DNA of 64,000 bases from Bugula neritina (taxonomy: Eukaryota; Animalia; Bryozoa): contig OZ037767.1 in assembly GCA_964035545.1 (NCBI GenBank), forward strand, positions 20,166,628 through 20,230,627, given 5' to 3'. Numbering within the stretch: position 1 is the stretch's first letter; every line of letters begins with the position of its first letter. Made by a program: the position numbers and the translations under genes. The notes under the pieces were generated by a model. The model saw only the letters and a program-made list of their open reading frames with translations, was not told where the DNA came from and made no database searches. Positions 1-26,900 of the stretch are shown here, in pieces.

Positions 1-459
1 AAAAAAACTGCACATCTTTGGCTAATTTTGCCTGAAAAGTTGATTTTTTAGTACCAATAAAATATCTTAGCAGGAAAACATATCTGAATAAAAAAGCAAT
101 GACTTTTAGATTTAATATAAATTGTGGATTTATATACTGGAAATGGTATATTTCTTGTTAAGTAGTAAGCACTGTGCATAACTTCACGCTTCAGTGAACG
201 CGTAGAGATGAGCATAATATTATTATAATATTAATATAGCTAACAGACTATATTGACTAGCTTGCTGTTATTGGCTGTAGTTTGATCTCAGGCTAAACAA
301 TGACAAGTAGGCAACACGCATGCCACCCACAGAACAATATTGTAGAAGAACTTAAACTACATTTTAATAGGAAATTCTTAGTGGATGCTCTCAACTATCC
401 TATGTGCTGCTGTTTCAGGCTAGTTAGCAAATTTGATGAACAAAAATTTGCAACTTGCT

Positions 460-533
460 ATACCTTGGGGGGGCCACACAAATATAGCTGGAGGGCCGGA
501 TGCGGCCCGCGGGCCGCCTGTTGGACAGCCCTG
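460..533 (-). mobile_element. Terminus of a hAT-like (Charlie-type) DNA transposon or MITE; the other end is probably outside the window
   Basis: Minus strand reads CAGGGCTGTCCAACAGGCGGCCCGCGGGCCGCATCCGGCCC, a CAGGG-starting end with the GC-rich GCGGCCCGCGGGCCGC subterminal palindrome typical of hAT elements. Confidence 0.6.
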
Positions 534-534
534 C

Positions 535-778
535 TATACTGTCATACTGTACTGTAATACTGTACTGTAATACTGTACTGTAATACTGTACTGTAATACT
601 GTACTGTAATACTGTACTGTAATACTGTACTGTAATACTATACTGCAATACTGTACTGCAATACTTTACTGTAATACTATACTGTAATACTATACTGTAA
701 TACTATACTGTAATACTGTACTGTAATACTATACTGTAATACTTTACTGTAATACTATACTGTAATACTATACTGTAA
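535..778. repeat. 13-bp minisatellite (ACTGTAATACTGT)n
   Basis: Direct tandem copies visible. Confidence 0.95.
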
Positions 779-841
779 GACAGAGAAAAAGAGGATAAAC
801 ATGTAAATCTCAAAGACATTATGGAGTAAAATTGCACTGAC

Positions 842-9160
<8,319 letters not shown>

Positions 9161-12077
9161 TTTGACTATAACTTGACTTTGCAGCAGCGAATAATAAAAC
9201 AGCTTCTTCTTTATAAAGGGCTCAACTTCGTAAAGACACTAAACCAGACATTATCTAACAACAAAAGTAATTGGTATACTACAATAATATTATCGTAAAC
9301 CCAAAAACATATACCCATAAATCCATTTTCTAATATGTGCTCAAAGCTGCAGCACTGAGTCAGTCGAAGAATCAAAAATAAGTAATGCTGATTAATATAA
9401 ATATGCATTTTGTTGTGTGTATGTCATGATTATGAGCCTGTATTAATCCATGCGTAGCTTTTAATAAGAAATTCAATTACTGCAATCAACCAGGATAGCA
9501 GTGAAATAATGATCCAATACACATCTTACAACACATTCATCATTTCATACAAATTGTATTTAGATCAATTCCCTTTATTTTGGTAGGTATACAAATAATA
9601 TATGATTTTATCATTAATAAACTAATTCAAACTGTAAAATGCAAGTCAAAGTGATTAGATTTGGTGAGAAAGTCTTTGAAACTCAAGTTGAAAGTTTTAA
9701 TGACAAAAACTACCAAGTAATTGCCATTTGTCATAATCTAATAGACAGTAGGTATAGCAGTACCAACAGTAATAGCAGAAGCTACACAACAGCATCCATA
9801 GTGACAATCATCAAAAACACATCATGCCTATACTAGATTAGTTTATTAATGTTTCTATTTGTTCTTATTTACAACCATTTTTACAATCACAATGGCTTAA
9901 TGAACAAATAATGCTCTATTAGTAGCATTAATAGTAAATAATAACTATAATCTACAAGTTACAAGTATCTTGAAATGATTATTGAAAGCGGTACTGATAA
10001 AATGAAATTAAAATTTGAAAACTGAACAAAATCACCCTAGGTGATAAACCATAATTGTACAACTTACAGGGCTTAGTCAAACTCATTATGCTATGATACT
10101 CAATATCATACACAGTAATAGTAATGCTATCACTATAGGTATCGCTATAAGCATGATCATTAGTATGACTATGAGTATCAGTATGAGTCAGACTGTCAGT
10201 ATCACTATGATACTCATACTGCCTATGAGCATGAATATGAACATCACAATCACTATCAGTATCACAGACATACTCAGTAAGTGAGTATGACTATGATAGT
10301 CGTATGAGTACGAGTATGTTAGTGAATTTGATAATCATAATAATGATGAAATTAAATTATTATAATTATTTTTATTTATATAATTTAAATTATCATGATC
10401 TGTGATCATCATCATTATGACAATCATTATAATAATAGTTATTACAAATATAATAATATTAATTAATAACAGTAACTATTAGTATTACTATAACTATTAC
10501 CAGTAGTATTAGACTTAATATAACTATAAGTTAATGCATAACTATAACTGTATAACTATAAGTATTACAATTATTATTATATTAATCAGATTCAGTGAAT
10601 TAATATTATTTTATAAAAATAAAATAACAACATTAACTTGAAGTTTTACATAAAATTAAACGATAACCAATGGCAATAAACATAGTGACACTCTGAATCT
10701 GATAGTCAATTTAATATCAAATTGAAATTTAATACAAAATCAAAATTAAAATCGAAATGAAAATCAAAATGAACAATAAACAGAAATTACTAAATATAAA
10801 TAATTGTTGCGATTTAAATAGTTACAATTACAATAGAATTGTAAAATTTGAGAACGATTCAACTAAATAATACATATAACTTGAAATCAACACTCAGCTG
10901 CCGAAAGTAATGAAAAATCACATTGAAATTCAAATTAGATTAGCTCAGCTGTAATGAAATCTATCTAGGCAATTATAATGACTAAGAGTAGACAAGTGAC
11001 CCTCAAGGACGTTGCAATAAACCACGCGGGAGATAACTCTAACCAGTGATGGCAATCACTGTCAAAAAAGCTTCCCGTGCGTGATAATTTGGAACAGAAT
11101 AATAACTAAACGTCCTGCAAGCTATTGCTACCAAAACAACCAATATAGTATATACGTTGAACATTATCAGGAATGGTGAACTTGCTATCATTACCAATTT
11201 TATGGCATGATCTCTGAGCTACGATTTCGCGATGGATGCTTTTAATTGTATACAGTATATTTAACTCATAAGATTTGTCTGCTAATTAAAATCACGTGCT
11301 AAACATATGGAGTGACGACAAATTTGCCGACTACCGGTGTGATTGCAGCAGCTTTTCGTTTTCACCTTTAAATAATTATTTATTATGATCATGATAATTA
11401 TGATAGATATACTTTGTAAAGTTTAAGTAAGAATGAATTGATAATTAGGCGAGGTTGCATAGCATAATTGTAAATCACTAAATGATCATCATAATATAAA
11501 ATACAAATTAAATAATTCAGTGACACTGACTGTCACTGAGTCACAGTGACACTGACAGTTACTGTTACACTAACACATAGTCTTACTGTTAGTGTTAGTG
11601 TTACACTTACTCTTAGTCTTAGTCTTACAGTTAGTCTGAGTTAAACTTGCAGTGTTGGTCAGTTTGAGTTACATTTACTTATACTATAGGTATAACTAAG
11701 TAATAAGTATAACATTATGATTATGATTACGTGACGGTGATCAGTTGAAGTTGATGTAAAACTTAAAGCAAATCCAAATGTGAATTGTCCTTTTGATTTT
11801 GTATTTCAACTATTATTAATATTATTATTATATTTTAATTTATTCTGTTAAATTTAGTTTTAGTATTTTACATTTACAATTACTGTTAAATTTATTGTAA
11901 AACAGTAAAACTAAATGTGTAATTACAAGTACTAGTATAATTATAACTAAATCACAACTGTGGTACTAATACTAATAGTAATAGTAATACTAATATTAAC
12001 AGTATTAGTCTAATAGCAGTGCTACCAACTCTAAGTCTGATTTCTATTACTATTAGTATTAATTATTACTATTACTA

Positions 12078-12295
12078 GGGAGCAGCCGTGCTCTAGGGGT
12101 TAAAGCGTTTGCTTTGTGAACACGAAGTTGTGGGTTCGAACCCGACAAAGGCCATTGGTGATGTTAGGAAGAGCATCCAGTCATAATTGCTCCTGTGCCT
12201 CATTTAAACGAGTCCTTAGCCCGTTCTAGCAAAAACCCTTACCATCAGGGGTTTCTCACAGGGATAGCGACTGTAAACTTGCGTGAGTTTTTTTT
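12078..12295 (+). mobile_element. tRNA-derived SINE
   Basis: Pol III A-box-like TGCTCTAGGGG and B-box GGTTCGAACCC in a tRNA-like head, followed by about 140 nt of non-tRNA body and a T8 run. GC-rich insert in AT-rich microsatellite DNA; cloverleaf stems do not pair. Confidence 0.75.
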
Positions 12296-12727
12296 ATTAG
12301 TAATAGTATAAGTATCATGTTTGATATTAGACTCAGGGTCAGTATGACTCTGAGTATAGGTATCACTATCAGTAATAATAATATAATAATTATTATTATA
12401 GCGACTATAAGAAAGTGTTATCTGTTTAAGCTAAAAAAAGTTGCTTTTTTCTATTAGTATTATTTTGCTGTTGATTTCTGTATGTTATATTACTCAAGCA
12501 GTTTTAGATTTTGTTGCACACTGTTTCAAGCTAATTTCAGGTTTGACCACGCAGTTTTTAAATCGACAAGTGCCACTAAAACCTCTTTTGTAACTGCCAA
12601 GATTGCGAGCAACTTCTGAAGTAAAAAAAATAGAAGTTGGTGTTTTCATAAATTCGTTTACTTGTCTTATAAAAGTTTCCAAAAGCTTGCTGTATTTGCA
12701 CAATATTCTTGTTCTAGATAACTCATC

Positions 12728-17033
<4,306 letters not shown>

Positions 17034-17930
17034 ATTTCACTTTTACTTGCTAAGAATCTGACTGTCAAATGACCGGGTGCCTCCGCAGCTGGTTTTATAA
17101 TAATTAATTTTTAAAAGTAAAACACGACTTCCTGATGTGAAAAAAACAATTTCTATATCTTTGCCACCTTTTGCTGTTGTTTGGTTATTTTGTGCTATTA
17201 TGGCTGTAGTTATTACTGATTCATGTAATATTATTTTAATGTTTTTTAAATAAAATAGCAATCTATAGTTTTATGTTTTCTCTGAACTTGTAGAAGTTTA
17301 ATATTTAATAAATAAGAAACATAACCAAAAGTGTTGCAGCTGAAGTTGTATCAATGAAACTCCAGATATGTTTGTGATAACAAGTTTTGAGATATTGAGA
17401 TTACCCACTCGTCCAGTTGGTATATGAAGTTATTGTGTTGTCAGACTGAAATTATATAATTGATCCGCGATTTTGTTACCAACTTGAGCCCAAATTTGTA
17501 TAGAATGTAAGCCTTGTAATATTTCAGATAATTTGCAGGTAATGAAATGACCACGAACAGAATTCTATGCTTTAAACGTGTTCCATCTTCCAAATTATAT
17601 TAGAATTGTTTGCTCCGTATCAATTTAGGCAACGTTAAAACTAAGGAAGTATTTTTAAAAAGCTTTTTAATAAACATTTATATTTAAAATTTTGCAAAAG
17701 AATTAGCAATTTCAATTTATATAAAATACTATTAAACAAAAAAAAATAATTATTAAAATTTGTACTTTGTAACCAGCCTTACCATGCGGATTTGTTTACA
17801 TCGTAATCCGGATGTGAATGGTGTCCTTGGAGCAAATAATTGATTTTATACTCAACAGTTTCAACTCAGTGCTGCAAAATGTTTGTTAACTCTGAATAAG
17901 TTGTTATGAGTTTTGTTCAACTGCAAGATA

Positions 17931-20900
17931 ATGAAAAAGTTTGATCTAAAAGGAGTAAAAGGCGTGTTTGCTAATCTACGTGGAGGTGAAAAATCTGCTT
18001 CTAAAGGAGAAGTTGAAATTCCAGAAACTTTGCAACCCCACGATTTTTACTGTGGAAAGGTAGATTTTTCATTTTTGCTAAGTTTTATTTTTTAAATAAT
18101 TATAATGACTGTGAAAACAAGGTCAACTTTGCAACAAGTCAAGTGGTTGATTTGTTCAAGGTATAGTGCAGGCAAAATTTTGCCAAGTCAACTCAATCAA
18201 AGTCACCAACAATAACATTAACTGAAAGTGAAAGCGAAGAGAATAAGTATAGTATACTGTATTACTATTAGTATTAGTGTATAGCATTGTCATTATCATT
18301 ATGATTAGCTTAATAGCTACAAGTTCAGATATAACTAGTGCTATTGGTATGACTATGGTAGTTAAGAACTAGAATTAAAAGATATTCATGTTGAGTCAAC
18401 TCACCTATAGGCTATAAACTAATTTTAATTTAGATTGGCATGTAATGACCAAAGTTTTATTATACTTATACATACCAATACTTATAGTTAAGTTATAGTT
18501 ATATATATTAATATATATTTATACTTTATAGTTGTATACCTCAATCTGAAATTGTGAGCAGTAACTGCTCATTTTCTATAGATTACATACACATAATAAA
18601 ATATAAATTTGCTGAGCATCTTTTATAAAAATAAGTTTGCAGCTTTGGAAATTAATGTTTAGCTATAAGTACATTTAACAAGTATTGGCTGTTTTTTTAG
18701 AAAAGTTGTTGTAATTCAGCAAAATGAATGTTATGCTTGCTGAAAGATAAATTTGAATATTTGATACTCAAACTTGTAATTTTTAAATATTTACTATAAT
18801 GTTTGTAAATTGAGTCAAGCCATTTACTTAAACAAGTGAAGTTGATATGTAAGTAGCAAGCAGACACAACATCTGAGTACTTGTGTTGACATTACTTGCT
18901 ACCAGCTCTGGTGACTGTTTCATGTAAACAATACAAAACTGTACGATCATTATAACATGCTCATTTATTTTCAAACCTTTTTTTAACTTAGACCAGATTT
19001 TCAGGGTGGTAGCAATGATGATAATTGTTATCACTTCTTACTGTTATAAAATTAGATATGAAATTTTAACTAATTTGAATCATTTGAGGGTTGAAGTTAA
19101 TTAAATTAATCTACACACAAGTGTCTTACTCTAAACACATGTTAACTAATCTAAACATAAGTTACTTACTTTACACATAAGTTACTTACTTTACACATTA
19201 GTTACTAATTTTACCCAAAAATTGCTACTAAATGCAAAACATGCTGTTTACCTAACTCTAGTTTCGTCAAAGTGGACTCAAAAGCATACATACACATTTT
19301 TAGCTGTTTTCGCTGCTTGCTAGCTAAATTAGGTGAAGTTTCTATGATCATGTTTACTCTTCTTATTTCAAGTTGCATTAATGTCTTGTTCTAGTTTTGA
19401 TAGAAATGCTAGTCCGTAAGCCTTTTTTTTATCTATTTTATAAATATTATAACTTTCAAACCAATTCATATTGCAAAACATACTGGCCCCATCCATATTA
19501 GTTGATTCACCCGATTCAGTATAAAATAAAAGTAAACTATATCTTGTAACTAACTTATGATAGTCATTATGGAAAACAGCAGCTACCAAATAATTTGCTG
19601 TGATTTGTTTTGAGGAGTCATTTCTAATCCTTCACAGTGGCCATTACTAAAATAGAACACACGTGTGACTAACCTTGCTATTCTTTACATTAGCTGCATT
19701 TTTTACCGCATTAGCTTTACATTCTGCATCGTTATATTGTGCCCAGCATTTAGATTTTGGCACCCAAAATACCATCATTAGATTCAACCATATCACATTA
19801 ATTGTAGTTTATTATATTGGGATACATTATATAAATAATTATTTATAGTTATGGCAATAACATTGAATGTAGTATTTTATCTTTTGACATTCAGTTTAAC
19901 CTAGGTTGCTTAGTTCCCTCAACGTTAAATTACTGAAAACTATATTTCTTTATCAAAGGCAAATATATCGTCATATTTTATTCATAGTACCCAAGTTGCA
20001 CCATAGTCATGTGTACTGCTATCATTCTATGTGTTCTAAGTTCAACAAAGTACGTTGCACCTCTCCTACTACTAAATAGAAGGAAACTTACTGGTAGATT
20101 AGGTTTCCATTGGGCATAACTTGCACAACATTATTGATCTTCTAAAGACTCAAACTCCATTCATTAGATCGGTTTGCTTTAAATAGATTGTAAAAGTTGT
20201 TAATTTTTAGTATCTATTTGATATAGTATATAGGAATATATTACTAACCTTTCTAGAATGAAATATTTTAGGTTTCAGCTGTGACATGATATTATACCAT
20301 ATATTGGTGACATTATATAGTGATTACTGGTCAGACTTTACCCTGTGGTTAACACACTCTTGCCATATGCAGCTCTTTATAAGACAAGATGCCACATCTG
20401 TTCACTATACATGAGTAAATCCCCTATCCCATACTGCCCTACCAGCTGCAGTTTTATGGTAACAACTCATAAAACTTAGAACTTTCTCAATTTTCTTTAC
20501 AGCTTTCACGACACGGCTTTCCTTTTCAACCAACATGCATAGCCTGGGACCCCATACAGAAACTCCTGGCAGTTGGCACTAAGCGGGGAGATGTTAGAAT
20601 GTATCCTTTTTCTTGTAGTTATTCTGGGCTCAAGAGCTTTTTGCATTTAGATAAGATTGGGATGCTTTGTTCAATTAATTAAAGGTTAAAGTTGCCCACT
20701 CCTGAAAAAGGATGTGAAACTGTGACCTAAGTTAATATTTACTTGTTGCTTAATAATTGTTGAAATCAAACCTATTCATTTAAATTAAGTTGTTTGATAA
20801 TTTGAGAGCAACTTCTGTCAATTTCTACTTCAAAACTTGTTAACTCAGAAGAAATCTGTATGTAACATGTGACTGTGTACATAACATGTGACTATGTATG

Positions 20901-23900
20901 TATAACATGTGACAGTGTACGTAATACATGACTGTACATAACATGTGACACTGTACGTAATACATGACTGTACATAACATGTGACTGGGTACATAACAAG
21001 TGACTGTGTACATAACATGTGACTGTGTATGTAACATGTTACAGTGTAAAATGAGAAATTGTATATTTTGTGAATTAATTGGGCTTCTCTTTTAAAAGTC
21101 CTAATTGAAATTTATTCTTCAAATTAAAGGCTTTTTTTTAGATAAATGTTAACAGTTGTATTACATTTTGTTTTATTCATAAAGCTTTTAAGCTTTAAAA
21201 AAAGGGTTTTTATTTGGTTTCAAATACATATAGTATAGTGAAAATTAACTACAGGAATTAAAATCAGTAAGACTAATGGAGACTAATTGTTGATATAATT
21301 AGAGTTGGAAGTATGAAGATACAGTGATGTACTGCCTTGTGCTGGTCAGTTGGTTCTTCATCAACTGTATCAATACATGCTAATTGCTAGCTGTTACACT
21401 ATATTGATTAGCATATATAATATCTCTTTAAAAATATTATCATCTTCGCATAAATACAATAGGCTAGTTGTACTGTTCATTGAACCTTTTCACTTGGCGT
21501 TTATTAAAATTGCATTCATATAATCACTTTGACTTTTTACTAGACAGCTTAGTTTTGTCTTAATTTAAAGATTTGGAATAAATTCTGTAGCATTTATTAA
21601 CTTTCTCATGTAATGTGACAAGTTGCTAAAGAATCAAATTTACTGAAGCATTCTTTCTGAGGGTAACACTGTTGCATTTATCTTTATTATTCAAAGAGCC
21701 CATTTTCTGTCCAACTAAAGCAATGCATGTAATTCCTTGACCACTTTTATACTTAGTATTGGAAAGCCAGGGGTGGATGTGGCTATGCAGCATACCTCCC
21801 CTACAGTGGTGTTGCATATAAAGTTCCTCATTAATCAGGTGAGAGCAACTCTGCATGTCAAGTGCTTTCATCACGGAGCACCTGTGGGCACTTGGCACTT
21901 TAGTCCAGGTTGATCACCTGTCACATGTTGTTACTCTTAATGTATAATAATATAGTGATATGTGTATGATAGTATCTATGCTCAGTATGTTATGAGAGTT
22001 GTGAGTTGGTAGTTAGCATATACTAAATGTAGTTGTGAGTTGGTAGTTAGCATATACTAGATGTAGTTGTGAGTTGGTAGTTAGCATATACTAGATGTAG
22101 TTGTGAGTTCGTTGTTAGCATATAGTAGATATAGTTGTGAGTTGGTAGTTAGCATATACTAGATGTAGTTGTGAGTTGGTAGTTAGCATATACTAGATGT
22201 AGTTGTGAGTTGGTAGTTAGCATATACTAGGTGTAGTTGTGAGTTGGTAGTTAGCATATACTAGATGTAGTTGTGAGTTGGTAGTTAGCATATACTAGAT
22301 GTAGTTATGAGTTCGTTGTTAGCATATAGTAGATGTAATTGTAAGTTGGTAGTTAGCATGTACTAGATGTAATTGTGAGTTTATAGTTAGCATATAGTAG
22401 GTGTAGTTGTGGGTTTATAGTTTGCATATACTAGATGTAGTTGTGAGTTCGTTGTTAGCATATAGTAGATGTAATTGTAAGTTGGTAGTTAGCATATAGT
22501 AGGTGTAGTTGTGGGTTTATAGTTAGCATATACTAGCTTACATTTATGTTGTCATAAGTGATGACAGCATATGTGCTAATTGACTATGTATAATATGATG
22601 TGAATGCATTGTGGTATGGGATGTTTTCATGTAGAAACCAAATAATCTAGTTGATAATACCAGATACTGCTGGCAGTGAAAATGTATTAGTATTCCTTGT
22701 GCACCAGTACTCTATGATGCAATCGAGTGAATATCTCATGATGTAACCTACTCTGTATGTTTGTAGGGTGCTCTCATTACCGCATGCTCTGACGATTCTA
22801 TCAACCTCTGGTCGTACAGGCAGAAGGTTCCGGAGATAGTTCACTCGCTCAAGTTTTGTCGAGAGAGGTAGCGTTTACTAGCTTAAATAGTCGTCTTCTC
22901 TTGTCTCAACTTGTTCATGTCAACTTTCTAATCACTCTGGTGTTGAGAAAACTTTGAGCAGTAGATATATGCGATGCAGCAACGTGGAAGTTGTAATCAA
23001 AGTATTGTTAGATACTGTAGTTGACTGATCATACAGAATGTGGAGATTGAGTGAGTGTTTGACCAGGTGAAATAGCATGACTCACTGCACTCTACTCACT
23101 CACTCACCGTATTATAAGGGTACTACTGCTAGCGCTAGTGCATGCATAGCTTACAGGATAATGTAATATAGTGTATATTGGAATAATAATAATAGGATAT
23201 GGTGGTCAAATGTGTCATGGCATAGGTTGTGTGTAGTGTGTTGTTACTACAGTGTGCTGTTTCTACAGTGTGCTGTTTCTACAGTGTGTTGTTACTACAG
23301 TATGTTGTTACTACGGTGTAATATGCAACATTACCAGTTTCTTTTCTGTAGATTATGTTTTGAATTTATCATCTGTAAAACTCATCTGTTTCACTCAGTT
23401 GTGTAACTTTATGTCTTCCTTCAGAGATTAAGCTCCACCCCCTCAATAGTGATTACATTTCTTTTATTTCAAGTATCTTTAAATGGCTTGGTTGGGGGCG
23501 TATCGCCACCCCAAAAACTTGCCAAATTGTGTTGTGAGTTTAACAGCAGACTTGCTATTTGCTGACTGCAGACGACATTGCAGACGTCAGCTGGACGACT
23601 TGCTGTTACATCACCGAGCCGTCCACGCATTGATTTCTAGAGTGTGTATCGGCCTACCACTGTTATAATGGCACCGACTTGTCTAATTCACTGCATTCTC
23701 GCTGCCTATTCGCTGCTGTATTCAACATTTACGTCAATATCACTCAAGTAGTCTCTGCACTGGACTCATATTTATATATTATGTTTATTGATTGATAATT
23801 TAAATCTTCTCTGCATCTGTGTTCTGGTATACAATATGAATGACACGTACCTTACAACACTGACTTAGTCTACACTGATTATGTGACTTCTGTTGATACA

Positions 23901-26900
23901 AGTCTATTTCCTTGACTACCAGTAAATTCGAAACTACATTCACATGTGACTAGAATGGAATTGCTGTTATGCCTCGAGTGTTTAGTCTGTTGCCGAAAGT
24001 TAACTAAAGATATCGATTATTAAAATATTATAATATCTAGTGCTCAGTGACTTACTTAGTTTTTAGAGTTTAGGATAGGTTTTAATGGTGTGGCTTTGTA
24101 GTACACTGACAATGCTGTAGGTTTGTGGTACACTAACAATGCTGTAGGTTTGTGGTACACTGACCATGCTGTAGGTTTGTGGTACACTGACAATGCTGTA
24201 GGTTTGTATTACACTGACATTGCTGTAGGTTTGTATTACACTGACATTGCTGTAGGTTTGTATTACACTGACAATGCTGTAGGTTTGTGGTACACTGACC
24301 ATGCTGTAGGTTTGTGGTACACTGACATTGCTGTAGGTTTGTATTACACTGACATTGCTGTAGGTTTGTATTACACTGACAATGCTGTAGGTTTGTGGTA
24401 CACTGACAATGCTGTAGGTTTGTGGTACACTGACCATGCTGTAGGTTTGTGGTACACTGACCATGCTGTAGGTTTGTGGTACACTGACAATGCTGTAGGT
24501 TTGTGGTACACTGACCATGCTGTATGTTTGTGGTACACTGACAATGCTGTAGCTTTGTGGTACACTGACAATGCTGTAGGTTTGTATTACACTGACATTA
24601 CATTTTGTAGAATCACCTGCCTGTACCTGGCCTACCAGAGCAAATGGCTGTATCTGGGCACAGAAAGAGGAAATGTACATATTGTCAATGTAGAAACATT
24701 TACTATCTGTGGTTACATCATCAACTGGAATAAAGCAATAGAGCTGTAAGTTACACTAAAATATTTTTCATAATATTAATTTTCTTATTATTTATATGAC
24801 TTCAGTAGCTAGTCAAACTTTTATTTGGAAATTATCTCCTCTTTGATTATAGGTCAAGAAAGACCCATCCAGGCCCAGTTGTTCACCTTAGTGATAATCC
24901 TATGGACCCAAATAAGGTGTGTTACTACTTTGCTGTGTTCTCTTTAACATACCATCTTTGCTATATCCTCTTTGCTATATCCTCTTTGCTATACTTTCTT
25001 TGCTATGCCTCTGCTGTACCTGTACAAATGCAAAGTGTAAGTCTGCATTTCTTCATATACAACTTTTGAATCTCGTTGAAGCTGGAGAGATATTAAATGT
25101 ATGTCTTCTCAGAGCTAAGAGTTGTCTTTCCATTGCACATGCTGTCCAGCGGCTATACTGTATACTGTTATACTATATTGGACTAGCTGTTAGCATGTAA
25201 CTATATAGTGTTATGTTTGCAGCTGTTGATAGGGTTTGAGACGGGGCTGACTGTATGCTGGGACCTCCGATGTAAAATGGCCGAGTCTAGATTCAACTCA
25301 AACGAGTGTCTCCGAGATGCATGCTGGAGCAATGAAGGTGTGTGCTGTTTAACATTTCAGGAAGTTGCCTGAAATTTCAGTCTTAACCTGTTGCAAGGAG
25401 TTGTCTTCTCTTTATATTTACCTAATAGGCATTTGATAGTGTTCAGATAGCAGCCACTGTCTTTATTTTCAAGGATAAATTATCCAGTTAGTTTTGGTCT
25501 TCACTTCTGTTCAATTATTTGTGAGCAGAGTTCTCAGGAATGTCAGTTCATTATATCCAGCATTACTTTTTCAGCAGAAATTTTTGACCTAAGAAAAAGA
25601 GGACAACTTTGATTGTTGTACAGGAAAAAAACTTTAGTTGAATGGTTTTTGTTAAACTTTGTGCTTAGCTGTGTTTTAAAGATTAAATGTTTTTATTACC
25701 ATTAAAAGCTGAAACCAGCCACTGATTTTAACCAGTATCCTGTTACCACAGATAGAGTAAAACTGGTGCTTATGGTTACTCTTCCTGCTTGTGCTTAGTT
25801 ATTAACATTCTTACAGGCAAGATGTTTATGTGCTCCTATGCCGATGGTACGTTGAGTACTTGGAACTGCAAACACCCCTCCAAACCAGTTAGTGTCATGA
25901 CCCCTCACTCTAAGGCTAACAAGAACGGACAGCTTTCCCCATGTAAACCAATCAACAGGCTGGAATGGAGGGCTGTCAAATCAGGGTAGGTGTTTGTATA
26001 TCCTCATACTTCTGCTAACACTCATGACATCATGTACGGAACTTCCGCTAACTGCCTGATTGTTTTGCTAAGGATAGTATTTTGGTACAAAAGAATTACT
26101 TTTATTCCTCTCACGGCTTAGAGTCTTTGGACTTCGCAGCTACCACTGGCGTTACAGTGGTGGATATGAAGCTAGTGGTGGATACAGACATGCTTAGCAC
26201 TTGCCACTTTTACTTTACCCAATCATTATTGCATGGAAAGGCTGTGACATTGACTATAGAATAGCCTGTGATCTACATAGCCTGTGCTCTACATAGCCTG
26301 TGTTCTACATAGCCTGTGCTCTACATTGCCTGTGCTCTACATTGCCTGTGCTCTACATAGCCTGTGTTCTACATAGCCTGTGCTCTACATTGCCTGTGCT
26401 CTACATAGCCTGTGCTCTACATAGCCTGTGCTCTACATAGCCTGTGCTCTACTTAGCCTGTGCTCTGTATTGCCTGTGCTCTACACAGCCTGTGTTTTAC
26501 AAGCAATTTAATTTGTTTTATTAATAAATGACAATTTTTGCAATATTTTGTCAATTTTTCACGTTGGCTTTATGGGCATTATCAATATTGGAACAAAATT
26601 ATTTCCAAAGTGTTTCAACATATTCTGGTTCATTATCTGCTTGTGTGCAATTCTTACAGACTTTTCTTTTCATTTTACAGGGAAGGGTAAGCTGGGTTGT
26701 GTCGTTTAATCTTATCATTCAAGTGTAGTTTTCTGTAGAATATAACGTTGTTATATAATACTAATATATGTCTCCAGTATTGCCACTCCAGTGTCGTAGC
26801 CCGTAGGCAGGAGAATATAGGCTAGTCTGTATTTCTCTGGTTCATATATTGTAACCTTGTTCATAGACGTATACCTAGCTTCATATTGTTCTTCATGTTT

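Noticed and set aside
12078-12150. Functional tRNA gene (GTG-like anticodon)
   Set aside because: Acceptor and anticodon stems do not pair, and the sequence continues into a SINE-like body.
22000-22535. CRISPR-like appearance of 27-38-bp repeats
   Set aside because: Units are head-to-tail with no unique spacers, there are no cas genes, and the context is eukaryotic introns.
24063-24680. Repetitive 200-aa ORFs on both strands; likewise 424-648, 58939-59286, 60822-61064 and 27628-27940
   Set aside because: They are read-throughs of intronic minisatellites; only the parts overlapping true exons are coding.
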